A stretch of DNA of 63,321 bases, filler included, from Choristocarpus tenellus KU-1152 (Eukaryota; Protista; Phaeophyceae), in the NCBI GenBank assembly GCA_964200185.2. It is 11 parts of 11 records of this genome, joined end to end, with 100 filler letters (N's around TTAATTAATTAA, not from the genome) between each part and the next. Parts side by side here need not be neighbours in the genome. Positions count along the whole stretch, not along the records: positions 51,448 to 57,636 come from CAXNAD020008718.1; positions 57,737 to 60,319 come from CAXNAD020026550.1; positions 60,420 to 63,321 come from CAXNAD020023783.1; 8 more parts are not named here. One strand, 5' to 3'. The position numbers were made by a program, and so were the translations under genes. The notes beneath the pieces were generated by a model. It worked only from the letters and a program-made list of their open reading frames with translations, had not been told where the DNA came from and made no database searches. Below are positions 53,131-63,321 of this stretch, in pieces (the stretch's first letter is position 1; each line of letters opens with the position of its first letter).

Positions 53131-53335
53131 TTGTCACTGATTGAACGTGGTATCTTTGAATGCGTTTGACTTGGTGAAGGCTTGATGTAACTCCTCTCTA
53201 GCTTTACTGAATGGAGCAGAATAAGTATTTAGAGCACTAACAGTAATTGGTACCTGATCTGAGATTGGGGTTAAGTGACCTATCACAAGATGCTTCCTGA
53301 TACGTACTTTCCGTGTTGTTGGATTTGCCAATTGA

Positions 53336-53594
53336 GAGTCAAAGTATCTTAGAGGGTATGACAGCGTCCGTTTGGGGGTCAAAATTCCACGTTGCGATTT
53401 TGATGTAATTTTGGCTATGGTATTTGTTTGGAAGTGTCAATATCCTTGTTCCGGACACACTTTTTCATAACATACACATTTTACCTACTCCGAAACATTT
53501 CGGAGTAGGAAACTGTCATAAAAAAAACTGTGGGAAGTCAAGCCCCAAACGAACAAACAGGGCAAAACTTGTACCCTCTAAGATACTTTCATTC
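53336..53594 (-). mobile_element. MITE-A full length; TSD TGA
   Basis: excision with a 3-bp TSD restores RSVLVQLANPT in frame. Confidence 0.96.
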
Positions 53595-53959
53595 TGAACC
53601 AATACTGATCTATTACTTGCTGACCAAGTACTGAGGGTGCGAGCAGCTACGATACGATTCCATGGATGTGCAGGTTCAGTGGTTTGATCTACAGCAGGCA
53701 TGGAGTGTATGACTGGCTCCACTATCACGGCAGTATCCAACGACGGACTAGTATCAGTTGTGCAGCAACGTACGATGATTTCATGACTAGGTGGTATGTT
53801 ATACTGTTTATGTTCACGAACAGGTATAGGGTCAAACTCATGTTGCACACTCACCACAGAACACGAAGGAGTTGTACTTGTATCACGTACTTGAATGGGG
53901 CTCCTTGTCATGTGATATCTTACTGGAATGGTACACGAACTGTTGTGAAATGAAAGACG

Positions 53960-54472
53960 TTATTCCTGCCAATCAAGGATTGTACCAAAGGCCTGCATAA
54001 CACTATTATCAAGCAGAATTTTATCGGGACCAAGTTGGGGAATCACTAAAGCTTCAACTGGCAATGTGGTGTCACCAAGTGTAAGTGCAAAACGAATAAA
54101 TCCACGGATCTGCAAAGGTGAACCATTTGCTGCACGTAGATTTATTGCACCAGGTGGGACAGGATGCACATCAAAACGTTTCAGTTGAGGGTGATTGCGA
54201 ACAAATATTTCAGAAATACATGGTACATCACTGGCTGTGTCAATTGTCAAGTCATTTTCCTCTTGTTCTTCAACGGTGCCCGATACACGAACTCTTTGTG
54301 ATGAAAACGACAAAGGTTTGGGCATGGATGGGTATCTGCACAAAGAACTGTTGAACCAAGTTTCATTATTATCACACGAGTTTGGTTGAACTAAAGGCAA
54401 AGAAAAATGCTTAGTGACACGCGTGCAGGCAATAAACGATGCCTGCGGGGCAAGAGGTACGACTGGCGTCAA
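53960..54472 (-). pseudogene. Gypsy aspartic protease
   Basis: LTIDTASDVPCISE..AANGSPLQIRG..ILLDN. Confidence 0.88.
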
Positions 54473-55004
54473 CCTCTGACGCTTGCCACTCCCTACGATG
54501 GTGTCAACAACGACACCATGGCTGTTCCCAAGTGGACAGGAGTCAAATCCACCTGGGCATCCCTAGGGACGCGGACCATAATGGCCAGGTGTTGACTCAC
54601 TGTCCTCACGAACACGAACACGTCTGCCACGACCCCTGCCTCTACGACGCAAGTATGGGTTCCGAGCACCTCGCGGATTGTCTAGGCACGACTGAGTTGT
54701 GTGACCCTCACGAGTCGCTGCCTGACAACCCGGGTACTCGCACACACTATTTTGCTGATCCATAGTGTACGTCGAACTGGATGGTGAGGCTGAGTGCTGC
54801 GACGTGTCATGGGGTCGTGTTGGCCTGTCAAAGTGCACGGCTGAGGGAGGTGGACCCGCCGACGACCGAGCTGGGGTCCTGTTAAGGGTTGCTTCCCCTG
54901 CTCGGTGACGTTCCACCTCCATACGTAACCTTTGGCATTCATGTTGTGATTGCTCAAGTTCACTACGAGGAACCTGTGCATGACGAGAATTGAAAGTAGC
55001 AGCA

Positions 55005-55262
55005 GAGTCAAAGTATCTTAGAGGGTACGGCCACGTCTATTTGGGGGCCAAACTTCATTGTTGCGATTTTTATATAATTTTGGCTATCATTTTAATTTTA
55101 GAGTTTCAATATCCTTGTTCCGGACACACCTTTTCATATCGTATACATTTTACCTACTCCAAAATTTTTGGAGTAGGAAAATGTCATAAAAAAAAGCACG
55201 GGAAGCCAAGTCCAAAACGGACAAACAGGGAAAAATTCGTACCCTCTAAGATAATTTCACTC
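55005..55262 (-). mobile_element. MITE-A full length without TSD, at the Gypsy/Harbinger junction
   Basis: flanks are AGCA and TGAG. Confidence 0.95.
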
Positions 55263-55296
55263 TGAGTACTCATCAAACTAGCAAGTCAACATTCCT

Positions 55297-55782
55297 TTGC
55301 CTAACCCCATCTTTGCATTTGCAGTGGAGGTGCACAATATGCCCCCTGAGGGCATCTGCACACAGGCACAGGCAAGGTGGAGCAAACGAGTGGATAGTAT
55401 ACGCAAGGATGTTGAGTGCTTTTTTGGCAGCGTCAAGGGCCGCTTCAGAATCCTCAAGCTTCCACTACTATATTCAGAAAGGAAGAAGATAGATAACATA
55501 TTCTTCACTTGCTGCATATTGCAAAATATGCTCCATTCATATGATGGCCTTGAAGAGTTGGAGGGCAACACTGATTGGACAGGGGATGTTGGTCTGCATG
55601 ATGCCTACTACAGTGACCCTTACACTGGTTTCACATGGATGGGCATGCCAAGGGACCAGGGGGAAGGGGGGTCTGAAGAATATGTAGAGAGGGAGATGGG
55701 ATTTGATGAGCTTAGGAATAGGCTCATAGCACACTATAAGTACAAGGAAGAAAACGGAGAGGCTGATTGGATGAGGTCCTGA
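55297..55782 (+). CDS. PIF/Harbinger transposase C-terminal fragment (Plant_tran/DDE_Tnp_4-like)
   Basis: WSKRVDSIRKDVECFFGSVKGRFRILK..CCILQNML. Confidence 0.88.
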   Translation: MPNPIFAFAVEVHNMPPEGICTQAQARWSKRVDSIRKDVECFFGSVKGRFRILKLPLLYSERKKIDNIFFTCCILQNMLHSYDGLEELEGNTDWTGDVGLHDAYYSDPYTGFTWMGMPRDQGEGGSEEYVEREMGFDELRNRLIAHYKYKEENGEADWMRS

Positions 55783-56363
55783 TGATGGGATCTTACTTGT
55801 CGAACAGTGCTTTGCATTTTGCACTATTGACATTTTATGTGATAGTGAACGGTACAATTGGTATTTTACTTTGTAAAGCACATACAAGAAGAGGTAGGAA
55901 GACGTAATACAGGACAAAGAGTCATTTGTCAGCACAATATAGATAGTGATTGAGAGTCAACAGTCTAAAGGAAGAATTAATTGCCACTGGTTGTTGACAA
56001 TGTATTTAGGTAAAGATTGTCCTCATGAACAAGAGCAGCTCACTTCGTTCTGAGTAGTGGGTAATATTATACCCTAACCAACCTTTTCTGAAGAGCGCTG
56101 GGATCACCATCGTTACTTTAACCTTGCTCAAGGTCATGATACAAGGTCAGGGTTGCCAGCTTTGTTTGCTTATGCATCAGAAGCTCAAGATAAGAGGACT
56201 TGAGATAAAAATAAATCCCACTGATAAAAATTACCTCAATTTTAAACAAAGATTTGCCAATGCCGTCCTGTGTGATAATGGTACACCTACGTGCATGGCA
56301 CCGCTGTAAAAGACTACTGAGCACTACACTGACAGCTGTGTTGTCACAACTGATTCCCCAAGT

Positions 56364-57450
56364 CTATCCCCTCACTACTGCTGCCTGTCCCCAAAGTCCG
56401 CGAGTCAACCCCCCCTTCGCCACTGCTTGTTCCCAAAGCCCCCAAGTCAACCTCCCCTTCACCACTGCCCCACCACTTCCCAACATCACCCCAGCACCAC
56501 TGATATTCTCGTCCAGCCTCATGTCTCTACGGAACTCTGCCCGAACAGTATCACCACTCTTCTCAAAAGTCCGCCAAGCTTGCTTAGCGGTCTTGAGCAT
56601 TCCGTCAAATTTGTGCCTATCTTCCATCCTTTTCTTCCTATCTTTCGTAGCAGTAGCCTTTTCTTCCACGATTTCTACAAGTCTCCTCATGTCTCTAGAC
56701 GCATCATCCAATGTGAATATGAGGGCACTAATAATGTGGTCATCCATCCTACTTTTTTTCCTTGACTCTGCTTCCAACTTCAGGTCCTCCTCAGCAGCCC
56801 TCCGTAACTGCTGTCGACTCCTCGATCCTGGGTTTGCTACTAGCCTGAACCTCCTCATCGCCTCCATACCCTCCATTGAAGAGGACTCCACTGACCCCCC
56901 ATCCCTGCTGAACTCACAGGATGTTGACCCTTCTTGTGGGCGTCCCTCACTCATACTCATGTCAAAGTTTTGGAGCATATCGTTGGACGGGGATCCGATC
57001 CATATACTGCAAACAGGAGAAGATATGGAGGGACCCAACCATCTGGCTTTTTTTTTGGAGGGGGGAAATAGGGGAAAGCTGGGGCAAACGTCTCTCCCCC
57101 CTGATCCAGGAGTGGGTAGTTCGTTGCTGGGCCTTTCTGGGGTGGTGCTGGCAGGACTGGAAGTGGGACCTCCTCAATCAGGCCCCACCACTTCAGCCTA
57201 TTTCGCCGCTGGAGATTCACCTTCGTCCTCCCCCCCTCCAACAAGGTCGATGGTACTCCCAGTAATCCTCGAATTCTCCTGTTCCTCCCAAAACAGGTCG
57301 CACAGCTTCTACAGGCAGTCCGTCTCCTACTCCCCAGACCGCAACATTCCTCCAGGAACAAGACTGGGAAGAAGGAAAAGTGTTGGATGTGTGTGTGTTA
57401 AGATACTCGCCATTGAGCATTTTGATTTTGGATTTCAGGTCTGTAACCTA
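56364..57450 (-). pseudogene. probable Harbinger ORF2 (accessory/DNA-binding protein), frameshifted
   Basis: convergent with the transposase; GGMLRSGE..LFW, PDGWVPPYLLLFAVYG, charged coiled-coil C-terminus. Confidence 0.5.
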
Positions 57451-57561
57451 CGCAAGTGAAATGCAATACAACAGGAACTCAGCAACATCTACTTTCATAC
57501 TCACATTAGCCAGAGGGGGATGCACACATTAGAGACAATCTTCTGCGCCTTACTCCACCTG

Positions 57562-57636
57562 GTGTTAAAGTATCCCCAAAATCATTAAAGAGGATAAAGG
57601 CGATAAACCCGGCGAGATTGCTTGGTGTCTGTAGAG
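57562..57636 (+). mobile_element. MITE-D terminus (cut by gap)
   Basis: GTGTTAAAGTATCCCCAAAATC.., same as reverse complement of 7195-7257. Confidence 0.8.
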
Positions 57637-57736
57637 NNNNNNNNNNNNNNNNNNNNNNNNNNNNNNNNNNNNNNNNNNNNTTAATTAATTAANNNNNNNN
57701 NNNNNNNNNNNNNNNNNNNNNNNNNNNNNNNNNNNN
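57637..57736. other. artificial contig linker
   Basis: same 100-bp cassette. Confidence 0.99.
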
Positions 57737-57876
57737 GGGTTAGTAGTCCCTGCTGGAGTGTGTGGGGCAGAATAGATTTTTCACCTATGACAAGGAAAAA
57801 AAAAAAACAGGGCAAAAACCGAGTAAAGAGTTTTGGAAAGACTGTCAGGGGTAATGCACTACTTTGTCTTGTGAGT

Positions 57877-57908
<32 letters not shown>

Positions 57909-58102
57909 TTTGCTCTGACTACAACTAGAACTTGGAAACAATGTTTTCTTTCTAGCCACGGCTACCTATATATTATTTTTTATTTTTTTAACTTTTTTTT
58001 CATGATTTTTACTATCTTGATTGTGTGTTGTCTGTAATGAGTAATGCTAATGACTAATGCTGTTGTTGTTCTTGTCGATGAGTGTGTTTTTGTGTGTCTC
58101 CA

Positions 58103-58319
58103 TGTCATACAAATCTAATCGTTTCATACAAATCTAATCGTGTCATACAAATCTAATTGGGTCATACAAATCTATGTCATTGATGTTTACATGATTGAAA
58201 TAGAAGTGTCCCGTATGATCCTGTGTTGTACAAATCTATGTCATACAAATCTATGCAAATGTGCACCTCAAAGTGTAGTTTGTAGTTTCATGTTACAAAA
58301 TGTATGTCATACAAATCTG
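58103..58319 (+). repeat. seven copies of (TCA)TACAAATCT, the first four at a 19-bp period
   Basis: direct reading. Confidence 0.9.
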
Positions 58320-58632
58320 CATATGCGATCCTCTCCTAAAAACACACTCCCTAATCCTCATATTAACAACAAGGCAACCCCCCCCTAGTGTTCTTGTTGT
58401 GCCCACAAAGTCTGAAATTTAACTTTCTCTCGCCCCTCATCCCCTCCCCCAACATCCCTCTATCTCCTTACCTCCCCTAACTGTGTGTCTCCCCTTCTCC
58501 AAATAAAAAAAGAGAAAACCCATCCATGCATCACCTGGATTAACACAGTGTACATTTTGTATGTATTATTTGATCGGATTGTAACATCTCTAATGGCATA
58601 TAACCCACTTCCCTTGTCTGTGCAAATATCAT

Positions 58633-58633
<1 letters not shown>

Positions 58634-58672
<39 letters not shown>

Positions 58673-58684
58673 GTGTGTGTGTGT
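58634..58684 (+). repeat. (TG)n microsatellite (another near 57875-57907)
   Basis: direct reading. Confidence 0.95.
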
Positions 58685-59034
58685 CATGAAACAGGAAGAG
58701 GGTAGTCGCTGTGCATCATTTGTGGGGAGTTACTCAGCTCGTCGTATTCTAGTGGCCGCCCAGGAGGCCCTCATAGCCGCCCATTCCACCAGATTGGTAG
58801 AGGAAGCGCGTGGGTGAGATCCTTTTTAGGTTCAAGGACTGATGAAGGAGGATGAATGAACTGTGGCCTCCCCTTCTGTATGAATGTATGGATTGACCTT
58901 TCTGTCCCTACCTTTCTAACCTTTGTTTCCATGTTTATGTGGGTTCTTGGGTTGACTCCATTTTTTTTGTTTTTTTTGTGTGTAGTTTATATTGTAAGGT
59001 TTGTATGTATTTAGTTTATATCGTAAGATTTGTA

Positions 59035-59155
59035 TGTATACTATTATTGTGATCACTATCATTGTGTCACTATTATTGTGATCACTATCATTATCACTAT
59101 CATTATATCACTATCATTATATCACTATCATTATATCACTATTATTGTGATCACT
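59035..59155 (+). repeat. ATCACTATC/ATT low-complexity minisatellite
   Basis: direct reading. Confidence 0.9.
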
Positions 59156-59365
59156 CTACGTTCTGGTTCATTCCCAATACTACTGTACACTTCTTTTTCC
59201 AATCATTTTTTTGTTTTTATTTTGTAAAAATGAGATAAAAAAAACAAGAACATGAGCCCTCTGCCGAGCCCCCCCCCCTAGTTTCATCTCACTTCTGGTT
59301 CATTCTTTTTTGTTTGTTTTACTGTCCCCCCCTCCCCCCACTTCCAATGAATGGAATATCCCCAG

Positions 59366-59542
59366 GATGTTGTCAGCATCTCCGGAGAAGCGCCCTGACT
59401 TGCGACGATTGTATACTTTGATCAGCTACTTGGATGAGGGAGATGCTAAGGGGGCGGGCACCCTGGAGAACACCTCCATGCACGCCTTGGAAGAGGTCAG
59501 GAAACCCTATGAATGTTGTTCTAAGTGGGCGAGGTCCATCTT
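59366..59542 (+). CDS. candidate exon, product unknown
   Basis: CCCAG acceptor, GTGAGT donor, open GC-richer frame in AT-rich flanks. Confidence 0.35.
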
Positions 59543-60319
59543 GTGAGTATGTGTGGATATATTATACCCCAAATTGGGTTGTGTCCCCATGCTTTTCTAA
59601 GTGTTAAATAATAATAATAATAATAATAATTATTATTATTATTATTATTATTATTGCATTGACTTCAATATGTGCGGTCGGCGAACTCTGCCTAATTGAT
59701 GGGGTTTCCAACACCTTGGCAGGTGTTGGTATGTATGGTATGTCAGGATTAGTCATGCGTGTATGCAGGGCTTCATATTTCATCACTACATGTATGTATC
59801 TATATCTTTTATCGTCACACTTTTTTTTTGTGCATCTTAACTAGCTCTTTTTTTTTTTGAGGTGTATACTGTAGAGGTAGGTCGATCTGTTGAGTTTAGA
59901 CTTATCTCGGTCGAAGTGGGAATAACCTCCTTTGTTGATGTAGCTGTACAGTTTATTGTCATCATTTTTAATAGTGTTATTATTTTTATTTTACTCAAGA
60001 TGGTGTACAGGTACTAGAACGGATTAATAATTCATGCCGAGATGAACAGTTACTCTACTTTAACAATAATAATAACAATAATAATAATAATAATAATGTG
60101 AAGAGAGCTGTTACATATCCCTCCCCCCCTAAATCCATTTGTATACAAAGGGGTTGCTCAATTAGAGTTAGTGTTACTATAGAATCCTTTTGAAACTATC
60201 AGCACAACAGGCTTGTTGGTCAGCAAGTTCTGATACAATACTCGCAGCTCCCCCCCCCCCCCCCCCCCCACCCCACAAAAAAAAGGAAGAGGGCGGGGGG
60301 GGGGGAGAGGGGAGAAGCG

Positions 60320-60419
60320 NNNNNNNNNNNNNNNNNNNNNNNNNNNNNNNNNNNNNNNNNNNNTTAATTAATTAANNNNNNNNNNNNNNNNNNNNNNNNN
60401 NNNNNNNNNNNNNNNNNNN
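60320..60419. other. artificial contig linker
   Basis: same 100-bp cassette. Confidence 0.99.
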
Positions 60420-60618
60420 TGAGAAGGTCTAGGAGTGAATTGAATTCGAAGCCGGGCGTATGAACGATGTTTGAGCTTCGGGCGATCCGTTGGACCACCC
60501 TGAGATTAATGATCCGAAAAATAGGTGCATTATGGTTTTTAGAAATTAAAAATTCGATTATATTCGTATTTTCAATATTTTAAAATACAAAGCACATACT
60601 TAATTGATCTTGTACGTT
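60420..60618 (+). repeat. third copy of the 32286-32667 repeat, truncated by a Copia LTR
   Basis: collinear from TGAGAAGGTCTAGGAGTG to CACATACTTAATTGATCT..TACGTTTG. Confidence 0.9.
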
Positions 60619-60936
60619 TGTTAAGCTGTCCTTGACGATCTGTTGTCCCACACAATCAGATATATTATTGTTTATTAACTTGTATCACAGTTGAGAAAAG
60701 AGTGAGATACCTGCACTAGGTGGGGCTCACCAGTCCTTACATTGAATGACTCAGAACACTAAACGACTCAACGGTTCTCTATTACTCGTCAGAAACACTC
60801 CGACTCTAATAGTCCGTCGATTACTTCTGATCAAATACCCCGTCTAAAACCCCGAATGTCCCACATTATCTTCTGTGCGTACATAAAATAATACTTCAAA
60901 TCATATTCTCACAAATAGTCAAGCATAATCTTGACA
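60619..60936 (-). repeat. Copia 3' LTR (318 bp)
   Basis: minus strand TGTCAAG...CTTAACA directly after PPT AGCAGGGGAGTG (60948-60937); starts exactly where host-repeat homology stops. Confidence 0.8.
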
Positions 60937-61119
60937 CACTCCCCTGCTCTGACTATACAGTGAGAATCAAATCCGTCCAACAATAAAACCCAACTTGAAC
61001 TCAACTTATCCTGTAAACTTCAAATCTTAATCCCACACATGGATAAGCAAACTCATGACACACTCCCCTTCTCTGTCCATTCATCATGAATCCAATGAAC
61101 TCAATCTGCACACTACCCC

Positions 61120-61779
61120 TTACTCACAGTGCATGATGGTTCTAGTGTGATACTCAAACACATTACCACTCAAAGCCTTCGTGAACAAATCTCCATGTTG
61201 TTCACCAGAGTTTACATATATAATCTTTACCTCCCCCTCTTTCACTAGGTTTCTAACATAATGATATCTGATACCTATATGTTTTGTCCTACCCCCTGAA
61301 GCTGTGTTCTCAGCCAACTTGATTGCCCCACTATTCTCTTCAAACAATTGTACACAATACTCGTGCGCAGTTGGCTCCAAAAAAATATTGTACTTGTTGC
61401 AAGAACATAGCCTCTTTGGCCAAATCACACAACGACACATACTCGGTCTCAGTGGTAGACAAAGCAACAGTTTTCTGCATTTTAGACCACCAGGTCACAC
61501 ATGCACCCCCAAACATTACTACGCCACCAGACACAGAAAAAATCTTGAAATCACACAGTTGGCGTAATCAGCATCAGCATAGCCAATAAGTTGGTCCCTG
61601 GGTGCATTTCCATAAAAACTGAAATGATCATAGGTCAATCCTCTACTGCTTGTCCTCAACAAATACCCAATAACTCCCTCCACCCCCTTCCAGTCCGTCA
61701 CCGTAGGGCTTACACATTTCATTGCTAGGCTCCTTACTGCAGATGATACATCGGGTCTGGTCATAATGAATGCCCACAT
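61120..61779 (-). pseudogene. Copia RT C-terminus and RNase H (frameshifted)
   Basis: canonical motifs spread over three frames. Confidence 0.93.
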
Positions 61780-62830
61780 TTACATACCACCAATCATAGA
61801 TCTGTAGTTGTCTGGAACAGGTCCCTCCTGCTCCATTCCCTTTCTCCTTCCAATCGTCGTACTCCCTCCTTGGACCTCTGAACTCTCCCTTTTTCATCCA
61901 TCTGCCCCGGTCGAAAATGTAGTCCCAGCTTAATGAGTAATTAAACTGAGTCTTTGAATGTCTGTTTTGTATGCCCATTTCCTCGTCCAAAGCCCCATTC
62001 CACAAAGACCACTTTTCTGATTCCATTGCCTCTCGTATTTTCAATTCCCGCTCAATTCCAGGTAACTCCTCCATTAGCTCGCCCGGTTCAGATGTAGGGC
62101 CATTATTTGGATCCACATGTCGCAGCATTTTGTTCCTCACACTCCCCTGCTGTGACAATGGGTCCATACTATCAATATCAGTGTTCGACCGTTCATCTAA
62201 ATCCCTTTTCTCCATCACCCCCATTGCATTTCCTGCTACCACAGGACTTAGCAGAGCGTTCTTAGAAGCATTTTGAGCGGACTCATCCATAGTCCAACTC
62301 AGATCTAGTTCAACATCTTCAGCCATCAAACGCCCTACCCCAAAATCTATATGTGGGGACTCTAATTCTGCATTCGAAATTGTTGACCCTCCTGGATCAA
62401 TAACTACCCGTGCCATCTTTGGAGTGGGTCCCTCCCCCCCAACAATCCCTCCTGGGACTATGGCATTCATTTCAACCCACTCAGGGGAAAGCGTCCACTC
62501 CGCGACAGTATCATCCACTGATGTGGTAGTGTCAAACATCGATCCTCCAAAATCGACATTGCCTCCACTCCCCTCTTGAGTGAGATCAACATCTCTAGCC
62601 CCAGCGTGGGTTAGGTCGATACCTCTGGTCTCATCCTGTGTGAAATCAACTCCTCTAGCCCCCTCCTGGGCGAGATAACCAGATATCACAACCTCCTCCT
62701 CTGACGTTGCATTCATTCCAGTCCAGTCCACATAAACATCTTCCACCTTTACCGAAACACGATTCTCCATCTCCTGTGGAATTGGATGCCTATGACCCTT
62801 GCCAAGTGGGCAACCTCGACAAGATGGCTC

Positions 62831-63321
62831 TCATGTTCCAGTTAACAAAATGTTCTGCGCCGAAGCGTCTTTCCTTTCCAACCCCTGATGAACATCACCT
62901 AATCGCGTGTGCAGCTCATTCACATCCCTCGACACAGTTTTCCGGACCAAGTTAATTCTTGGTTTGCAAGAGACGGACGTTGCATCAGTGGTAGGGACAT
63001 TAGTAGAATCGGAGCCATTCCTCACACCCACTCTGCGCATCCCTAGGGAGAATAATTCCTCCTCCCCCAATGACGTGAAGGTGAGATTTCTTTCCCCGTT
63101 GCGCCTAAAAGTCGATATTCTAGTGGAGTCAATAGACCGGAAACTGTGTCCATCTCGCATGCAAGCCTTGGCAGAATACAAGTTCACGCCAAGATCAGGC
63201 ACCACAAGTACGTTAGTAAACACCACAGTTTCCAGTTTACCACTCAGAACACATTCCAATTGGATGTCCCCCTTTCCCACAATGTTAAGTGTTCCACCAC
63301 CTCCAACTGCAACTGTTCCAT
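62831..63321 (-). pseudogene. Copia protease C-terminal half and GAG-pre-integrase start
   Basis: GGGTLNIVGKGDI..FTNVLVVPDLGVNLYS..ELHTRLG. Confidence 0.85.

Larger units (their letters stand above)
51448..55004 (-). mobile_element. Ty3/Gypsy LTR retrotransposon gag-pol relic (PR-RT-IN order, RNase H deleted, two internal MITE-A insertions)
   Basis: IDTASD protease; SPWGSPV, RFCVDYR, YMDDL RT; HDH..GGH..C..C and AIDL..AIDHLTRF integrase. Confidence 0.95.
60619..63321 (-). mobile_element. internally deleted Ty1/Copia retrotransposon (PR, pre-integrase start, linker, RT end, RNase H, PPT, LTR)
   Basis: VLVVPDLGVNLYS; LHTRLG; TRPDVSSAV; GYADADYA; ALSTTETEY; TKHIGIRYHYVR; DLFTKAL. Confidence 0.95.

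Noticed and set aside
13438-55265. recurrent short peptides (PKWTRLYPLRYF, SILEG, RILTLPNK) suggesting a small-protein family
   Set aside because: These are translations of MITE-A copies with no conserved start, stop or frame.
55297-55782. Harbinger transposase as the mobiliser of the MITEs
   Set aside because: PIF/Harbinger gives 3-bp TWA/TNA-type TSDs, but about half the scored copies here have 4-bp TSDs. The adjacent MITE ends are insertions rather than this element's own termini. Not fully excluded.
56254-57459. 401-aa plus-strand ORF
   Set aside because: Ser/Leu/Pro-rich antisense shadow of the minus-strand putative Harbinger ORF2.
58103-58319. CRISPR-like array
   Set aside because: Repeats are about 13 bp with very short or irregular spacers, there are no cas genes, and the context is eukaryotic.
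59605-59655. (AAT)n(TAT)n hairpin, and the MITE hairpin, as terminators
   Set aside because: The first is an inverted microsatellite. Intrinsic terminators do not apply to eukaryotic nuclear DNA.
7095-60419. repeated TTAATTAATTAA and ORFs running into X
   Set aside because: Assembly or concatenation artefact.

Overview
This is eukaryotic, repeat-rich genomic DNA: 11 contigs joined by ten identical artificial 100-bp linkers (N44-TTAATTAATTAA-N44), so adjacency across linkers has no biological meaning. A stramenopile or brown-algal origin is a weak inference from TE style. No intact host gene, rRNA, tRNA or CRISPR array is recognisable. The window is mostly nested, decayed TEs: an intron-rich Sola(2)-like DDD transposase pseudogene with a paralogous 3' copy, two or three Gypsy relics, four Copia relics, a PIF/Harbinger relic with convergent ORFs and a possible CxC/KDZ-like relic. 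The most striking structure is about 29 copies or fragments of four short non-autonomous inverted-repeat element families (here MITE-A to D). All carry the core G-N4-AAAGTATC at their ends (a few copies have 1-2 mismatches), and A and B share collinear subterminal motifs. They show an odd mix of 4-bp and apparent 3-bp target-site duplications (TSDs), supported by empty paralogous sites and by restoration of reading frames. In families A to C the core also provides a GT and an AG that could splice 4-bp-TSD copies out in frame, which is an untested hypothesis. Also notable are a CpG-rich ParB/Sulfiredoxin-like (DGNHR) ORF behind a dispersed tandem-repeat cassette, non-canonical Gag zinc fingers and a clear CpG-decay signature.
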